Under the pieces are notes generated by a model that worked only from the letters and a program-made list of their open reading frames with translations, was not told the origin of the DNA and made no database searches. The translations under genes were made by a program, and so were the position numbers. From contig CATNEN010000039.1 in assembly GCA_950097015.1 (NCBI GenBank), positions 8,804,001 to 8,868,000 of the forward strand: a stretch of 64,000 nucleotides of DNA, written 5' to 3'. Below, one piece after another: positions 57,380-64,000 of this stretch (positions are counted from its first letter, which is position 1; the number at the start of each line of letters is the position of its first letter). This DNA is from Macrostomum hystrix (taxonomy: Eukaryota; Animalia; Platyhelminthes).

Positions 57380-60300
57380 GGGAGCATGGATTATCAAGGG
57401 GTAGAATCAGTTTTTGAGGGGAAGTATAAACTATCTTAGGGAAACCGGAATTACCGAGGGAAAGCATGAACTATTGAGGGGTAGAATCAATTTTTGAGGG
57501 GTTAGAATCAATTTTTGAGGGGAAAGCATAAATTATGAATCATCGATAGAACAGCATGCATCTTCTTGATGTAGAACAAATTATCAAGGGGGTATAGCAT
57601 GAATTATCAAGGGGGTAGCATGAATTATCAAGGGGGTAGCATGAGTTATCAAGGGGGTAGCGTGAATTATCAAGGGGGTAGCATGAATTATCAAGGGGGT
57701 ATGGCATGAATTATCAAGGGGGTAGTATGAATTATCAAGGGGGTATAGCATGAATTATCAAGGGGGTATAGCATGAATTATCAAGGGGGTAGCATGAATT
57801 ATCAAGGGGGTAGCATGAGTTATCAAGGGGGTAGCATGAGTTATCAAGGGGGTAGCATGAATTATCAAGGGGGTAGCATGAATTATCAAGGGGGTAGCAT
57901 GAATTATCAAGGGGGTAGCATGAATTATCAAGGGGGTAGCATGAATTATCAAGGGGGTATGGCATGAATTATCAAGGGGGTAGTATGAGTTATCAAGGGG
58001 GTAGCGTGAATTATCAAGGGGGTAGCATGAATTATCAAGGGGGTATGGCATGAATTATCAAGGGGGTAGCAGCATGAATTATCAAGGGGGTATAGCATGA
58101 ATTATCAAGGGGGTAGCATGAATTATCAAGGGAGTAGCATGAATTATCAAGGGGGTAGCAGCATGAATTATCAAGGGGGTATAGCATGAATTATCAAGGG
58201 GGTAGCATGAGTTATCAAGGGGGTAGCATGAATTATCAAGGGGGTAGCATGAGTTATCAAGGGGGTAGTATGAATTATCAAGGGGGTAGCATGAGTTATC
58301 AAGGGGGTAGCATGAATTATCAAGGGGGTAGGATGAATTATCAAGGGGGTAGCATGAATTATCAAGGGGGTAGCATGAGTTATCAAGGGGGTAGTATGAA
58401 TTATCAAGGGGGTATAGCATGAATTATCAAGGGGGTAGCATGAATTATCAAGGGGGTAGCATGAATTATCAAGGGGGTAGCATGAATTATCAAGGGGGTA
58501 TAACATGAATTATCAAGGGGGTATAGCATGAATTATCAAGGGGGTAGGATGAATTATCAAGGGGGCAGCATGAATTATCAAGGGGGTAGCATGAATTATC
58601 AAGGGGGTAGCATGAGTTATCAAGGGGGTAGTATGAATTATCAAGGGGGTATAGCATGAATTATCAAGGGGGTAGCATGAATTATCAAGGGGGTAGCATG
58701 AATTATCAAGGGGGTAGCATGAATTATCAAGGGGGTAGCATGAGTTATCGAGGGGGTAGCATGAATTATCAAGGGGGTATAACATGAATTATCAAGGGGG
58801 TATGGCATGAATTATCAAGGGGGTAGCATGAATTATCAAGGGGGTAGCATGAGTTATCAAGGGGGTAGCATGAATTATCAAGGGGGTATAGCATGAATTA
58901 TCAAGGGGGTAGTATGAATTATCAAGGGGGTAGCATGAATTATCAAGGGGGTAGCATGAATTATCAAGGGGGTAGCATGAATTATCAAGGGGGTAGCATG
59001 AATTATCAAGGGGGTAGCATGAATTATCAAGGGGGTATAGCATGAATTATCAAGGGGGTATAGCATGAATTATCAAGGGGGTATAGCATGAATTATCAAG
59101 GGGGTAGCATGAACTATCAAGGGGGTAGCATGAATTATCAAGGGGGTAGCATGAATTATCAAGGGGGTAGCATGAATTATCAAGGGGGTAGCATGAATTA
59201 TCAAGGGGGTAGCATGAATTATCAAGGGGGTAGTATGAATTATCAAGGGGGTAGCATGAGTTATCAAGGGGGTAGCATGAGTTATCAAGGGGGTAGCATG
59301 AATTATCAAGGGGGTAGCATGAATTATCAAGGGGGTAGCATGAATTATCAAGGGGGTAGCATGAATTATCAAGGGGGTAGCATGAATTATCAAGGGGGTA
59401 TGGCATGAATTATCAAGGGGGTAGTATGAGTTATCAAGGGGGTAGCGTGAATTATCAAGGGGGTAGCATGAATTATCAAGGGGGTATGGCATGAATTATC
59501 AAGGGGGTAGCAGCATGAATTATCAAGGGGGTATAGCATGAATTATCAAGGGGGTAGCATGAATTATCAAGGGAGTAGCATGAATTATCAAGGGGGTAGC
59601 AGCATGAATTATCAAGGGGGTATAGCATGAATTATCAAGGGGGTAGCATGAGTTATCAAGGGGGTAGCATGAATTATCAAGGGGGTAGCATGAGTTATCA
59701 AGGGGGTAGTATGAATTATCAAGGGGGTAGCATGAGTTATCAAGGGGGTAGCATGAATTATCAAGGGGGTAGGATGAATTATCAAGGGGGTAGCATGAAT
59801 TATCAAGGGGGTAGCATGAGTTATCAAGGGGGTAGTATGAATTATCAAGGGGGTATAGCATGAATTATCAAGGGGGTAGCATGAATTATCAAGGGGGTAG
59901 CATGAATTATCAAGGGGGTAGCATGAATTATCAAGGGGGTATAACATGAATTATCAAGGGGGTATAGCATGAATTATCAAGGGGGTAGGATGAATTATCA
60001 AGGGGGTAGCATGAATTATCAAGGGGGTAGCATGAATTATCAAGGGGGTAGCATGAGTTATCAAGGGGGTAGTATGAATTATCAAGGGGGTATAGCATGA
60101 ATTATCAAGGGGGTAGCATGAATTATCAAGGGGGTAGCATGAATTATCAAGGGGGTAGCATGAATTATCAAGGGGGTAGCATGAGTTATCGAGGGGGTAG
60201 CATGAATTATCAAGGGGGTATAACATGAATTATCAAGGGGGTATAGCATGAATTATCAAGGGGGTAGCATGAATTATCAAGGGGGTAGCATGAGTTATCA

Positions 60301-61304
60301 AGGGGGTAGCATGAATTATCAAGGGGGTATAGCATGAATTATCAAGGGGGTAGTATGAATTATCAAGGGGGTAGCATGAATTATCAAGGGGGTAGCATGA
60401 ATTATCAAGGGGGTAGCATGAATTATCAAGGGGGTAGCATGAATTATCAAGGGGGTAGCATGAATTATCAAGGGGGTATAGCATGAATTATCAAGGGGGT
60501 ATAGCATGAATTATCAAGGGGGTATAGCATGAATTATCAAGGGGGTAGCATGAACTATCAAGGGGCTATAGCATGAATTATCAAGGGGCTATAGCATGAA
60601 TTATCAAGGGGGTATAGCATGAATTATCAAGGGGGTAGCATGAATTATCAAGGGGGTATAGCATGAATTATCAAGGGGGTATAGCATGAATTATCAAGGG
60701 GCTATAGCATGAATTATCAAGGGGGTATAGCATGAGTTATCAAGGGGGTAGCATGAATTATCAAGGGGGTAGCATGAATTATCGAGGGGGTAGCATGAAT
60801 TATCAAGGGGGTATAACATGAATTATCAAGGGGGTATAGCATGAATTATCAAGGGGGTATAGCATGAATTATCAAGGGGGTAGCATGAATTATCAAGGGG
60901 GTATAGCATGAATTATCAAGGGGGTATAGCATGAATTATCAAGGGGTATAGCATGAATTATCAAGGGGGTATAGCATGAATTATCAAGGGGGTAGCATGA
61001 ATTATCAAGGGGGTAGCATGAATTATCAAGGGGGTATAGCATGAATTATCAAGGGGGTATAGCATGAATTATCAAGGGGGTATAGCATGAATTATCAAGG
61101 GGGTATAGCATGAATTATCAAGGGGGTAGCATGAATTATCAAGGGGGTAGCATGAATTATCAAGGGGGTATAGCATGAATTATCAAGGGGGTAGCATGAG
61201 TTATCAAGGGGGTAGTATGAATTATCAAGGGGGTATAGCATGAATTATCAAGGGGGTATAGCATGAATTATCAAGGGGGTATAGCATGAATTATCAAGGG
61301 GGTA
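57380..61304. repeat. 21/23-bp minisatellite, about 3.9 kb
   Basis: Unit AGCATGAATTATCAAGGGGGT with +AT variants; degenerate over 57380-57580. Confidence 0.98.
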
Positions 61305-61608
61305 GTAGAGAGGATTGCATTCATTGTAGACAGGATTGCATTCTTTGTAGAGAGGATTGCATTCTTTGTAGAGAGGATTGCATTCTTTGTAGAGAGGATT
61401 GCATTCTTTGTAGAGAGGATTGCATTCTTTGTAGAGAGGATTGCATTTTTTGTAGAGAGGATTGCATTCTTTGTAGAGAGGATTGCATTCTTTGTAGAGA
61501 GGATTGCATTCTTTGTAGAGAGGATTGCATTCTTTGTAGAGAGGATTGCATTCTTTGTAGAGAGGATTGCATTCTTTGTAGAGAGGATTGCATTCTTTGT
61601 AGAGAGGA
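61305..61608. repeat. Second 21-bp minisatellite, about 14.5 copies
   Basis: Unit GTAGAGAGGATTGCATTCTTT. Confidence 0.97.
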
Positions 61609-61671
61609 GTACTGTTGCACCCATTGCAAATGATTGCGCTTGTAATAATAATAAAGATATTAACAATTGCA

Positions 61672-61940
61672 GGAGGGCTGTGCGCACTGCCACAACACTT
61701 GGTGACAATAAACCCATAGCCAGCGAGGAGGCAGTTATGCACATTCCTCCGAATCCTGTCCACACGCGCACACAGATACCGTATGCAGGCACACGCTCAC
61801 ATAGGTTTGTACATCTACCCTGACTTTCTCATCGTCAGGCAGTGTAAACATTCACTGTGCTTTGGGGTTGGCCCCCAAGGGCGTAAATTGCACGACAAGC
61901 CCACAATACTTCTCTCCGCGGCTGCGACCTAAATAAGAAT
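61672..61940 (-). mobile_element. Second copy of the SINE-like dispersed repeat (body)
   Basis: Shares GCCAGCGAGGAGGCA, CACACAGATAC, CGTCAGGCAGTGTA, GTAAATTGCACGACAAGCCC and AATGTGGCCTC with 6262-6530. Confidence 0.75.
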
Positions 61941-63055
61941 GTGGCCTCGCCGCAGGACCTTGGCACACACGTTAGACTGCCACACACCTGTGATTGTGCT
62001 TGTATATATTGTGTTCATCAAAATGAAAGTGCACGGTCAATAGAAAGCTCAACAATTAAGAGGCCTGCTACATATACGAGCTGCGAATGCATGGCCAGCA
62101 CCGTCTGCCAGCGCCCAGCAACTATTTATGTTGCTAAGCCAATGTTACAGGCTCACGCGCTGTCTAATATTATTGAGGTTACGCTTTTTCCTATTTCTAC
62201 TTTGAGTGAAGTAGCAGGGAAAGGAATTTTTCTAAAGATTTTAATTGCATTGAATGCTTAGGATTTATTTAATTATTGAAGATATTAAGGATAAGAAAGA
62301 AATAAATGGCGTTATAAATAAATGCCTCCTCGTTCGCAGGCACTCGTTCTTGTTTATTTCATTTGTCCTAGAAGGTTTTGAAATTGTTGAGATAGGGTAA
62401 ATATTCGGTGGTTGTTGCAGAATGAACTGTATTTGCACTAAATGTAGCATTCACTAAATGATTTAAAGTTGTTCTTACTTTCATGACACACAGTGTGTCA
62501 TTTAAAAATCTTATAGAAAAAAAGCAGCGTCCAATTCTAAAAGAGCCAGTCGCATTGGACGCATGACATGTAAGGGTTGACGAAGGCTGTAAGAAGACTA
62601 TAGGAATGGAATGTTAAGACTAAAGGAAAGAGAGCCTCCCACCCCAACTGTGAGGTCTGGGCTTGAGCACATTTGAGCAGATTGAGCATATAGCCTCAAT
62701 CCCGTGACCCTAAAAGCCGCTTCTCTCTTCACGAGCGTCTCTCCGGAAGTGGGCCAGCCACAGCTTGTGCGTGTTGGTCGATTCGTTCACCTATTAAGAA
62801 AGAAAGAAAATATGGGAGTTAAGGAGGTGGGATGCAAATTGGAGTGAAATGCTTTGCGTGCACAGTACAGAGTACTTTGAGCAACAGCTGCTTGGCACAC
62901 TCGCGCATAAATATTCAACTGCAATAGGAGTCCTAGAAAGAGTGGAGCAGGGTGAGCAGTTTTGAAGTCTGTGAGGTACGCCAAACTGTAAATACAGTGG
63001 CTTTAGACTTCAATACACGGGACAATTTAATACAATTTAAACAGCGAAGAGACCA

Positions 63056-64000
63056 ATGAAACAGTTGTCCAGAAGTCTGAACATCGAGCAGCGAGAATGG
63101 CTTCTGCTGATCAGCGCCTGCTTGCTGAAGCTCATTTCTGGTCTGTCTCTATCTGGGCCCATCTACGCCAACTTCATGAAGTTGAGCTATGGACTCAGTC
63201 AGCGCCAGCTTGACTTCTGTATCGCAGTCATGTACCTGGGCACTCTGCTTATATTAATAAGTGGCATCTTCTATGATAAATTCGGAGCCCAAAAGTCGAT
63301 CGCGCTTGGTGGCATGCTCTCTACGTTGTCTACCATCTTCCTGATCATTGCAATGGCGTACCCTGAGCCGCTTAAGCCGCATGTGTGGTTGCTTTACCTC
63401 CTGCTGTTCTTGTACGGCCACAGTTTTAACTACAGCTACGTGGCTGCTATCGCATGTTGCATGAGCAGTTTTCAGCCAAGCAGACGGGGCTACATCATGA
63501 CGCTGTTAGACAGCAGTTTCAGTCTGGGACCACCAATTGTGGCCTTCATCTACTATGTTGCTTTTAACAACAGTCACCGCAGTGCCACAGAGCAGAGCCC
63601 CGTCGGAACCCTTATTGTGCTCCTCGTGTTCACCTCAGCCATTCAAATATTTGCGTACGTCTTTCTGACACCTCTAGACAATCGGTTGGATGCCGAAGGT
63701 CTCTCGGAGTCTATGCCTATTCTGGGAGCGCAAAATCAGGAAGAGTCGCAAAAGCTCCGGCAGCCGTCGTACTCTGCTGCGGCTGCCTCATCAGACGACG
63801 AAATCAGCGACACATCGGCGGCGCCGTCATCAGCGACCGAACGAGAATCCAATGAAAACTATCAGCATAACAGTCCTGACGAGGACTGTCTGACCCAGGC
63901 GCGTGAATTCATGACGGCTTGCTTCTCTGCGCGCTTCCTGCCACTCCTGCTGGGCTTGGCCCTCACAATCGCCCCAAACCTGACGGCTTTTATGAACGTC
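63056..64000 (+). CDS. MFS transporter paralog (3'-partial), not in the ORF track
   Basis: ATG at 63056: MKQLSRSLNIEQREWLLLISACLLKLISGLSLSGPIYANFMKLSYGLSQRQLDFCIAVMYLG aligns with the 49396 gene; the frame runs off the window end. Confidence 0.9.
   Translation, partial: MKQLSRSLNIEQREWLLLISACLLKLISGLSLSGPIYANFMKLSYGLSQRQLDFCIAVMYLGTLLILISGIFYDKFGAQKSIALGGMLSTLSTIFLIIAMAYPEPLKPHVWLLYLLLFLYGHSFNYSYVAAIACCMSSFQPSRRGYIMTLLDSSFSLGPPIVAFIYYVAFNNSHRSATEQSPVGTLIVLLVFTSAIQIFAYVFLTPLDNRLDAEGLSESMPILGAQNQEESQKLRQPSYSAAAASSDDEISDTSAAPSSATERESNENYQHNSPDEDCLTQAREFMTACFSARFLPLLLGLALTIAPNLTAFMNV

Larger units (their letters stand above)
54818..61642 (-). mobile_element. Probable IS630/Tc1-type DNA transposon relic with expanded 21-bp internal repeats
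   Basis: TA at 54816-17 and 61643-44; imperfect inverted similarity between 54824-54858 and 61609-61642 (about 23/35); internal transposase N-terminus; 21-bp repeats near both ends. Confidence 0.5.

Noticed and set aside
57735-61792. Cys-rich 7-aa repeat proteins ([14 protein letters not shown])
   Set aside because: Frames are broken by frequent 23-bp variants, and the apparent N-terminus of the 61248-61763 ORF lies in a SINE-like repeat.

Overview
Repeat-dense eukaryotic (invertebrate-like) genomic DNA; no bacterial genes, rRNA or CRISPR. From 5' to 3': (1) the 3' part of an intact Gypsy LTR retrotransposon (1-~3691); (2) about 6.5 kb of decayed, unassignable sequence with a tRNA-headed SINE-like copy; (3) a 6.3-kb cluster of four Crypton-type (DUF3504-like) tyrosine recombinase genes in mixed orientation, one with a full-length ORF and three broken, whose intergenic DNA is enriched for one 8-mer (CCATAGAC) and short dyads; (4) a giant non-coding foldback-like palindrome with arms at 16434-21297 and 41590-45946. 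The arms are nearly identical and each carries the same three minisatellite modules (59, 45, 48 bp) at different copy numbers. Its roughly 225-bp original spacer has been expanded to 20 kb by nested retroelements: two RNase H-bearing LINEs inside a single 12-bp TSD, a Gypsy inside the first LINE, and an intact BEL/Pao inside the Gypsy; (5) a host MFS (Nodulin-like/NFD4/Mch1-type) transporter gene with a direct-repeat-flanked 77-bp intron and a paralog running off the window end; (6) between these two genes, RT relics, a 29-bp minisatellite and a probable IS630/Tc1-type element whose 21-bp internal repeat has expanded into a 4-kb satellite with a 1441-bp higher-order duplication. The best candidates for an undescribed system are the recombinase array with shared site-like motifs and the adjacent modular palindrome. 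All calls come from reading motifs by eye; no database searches were run.
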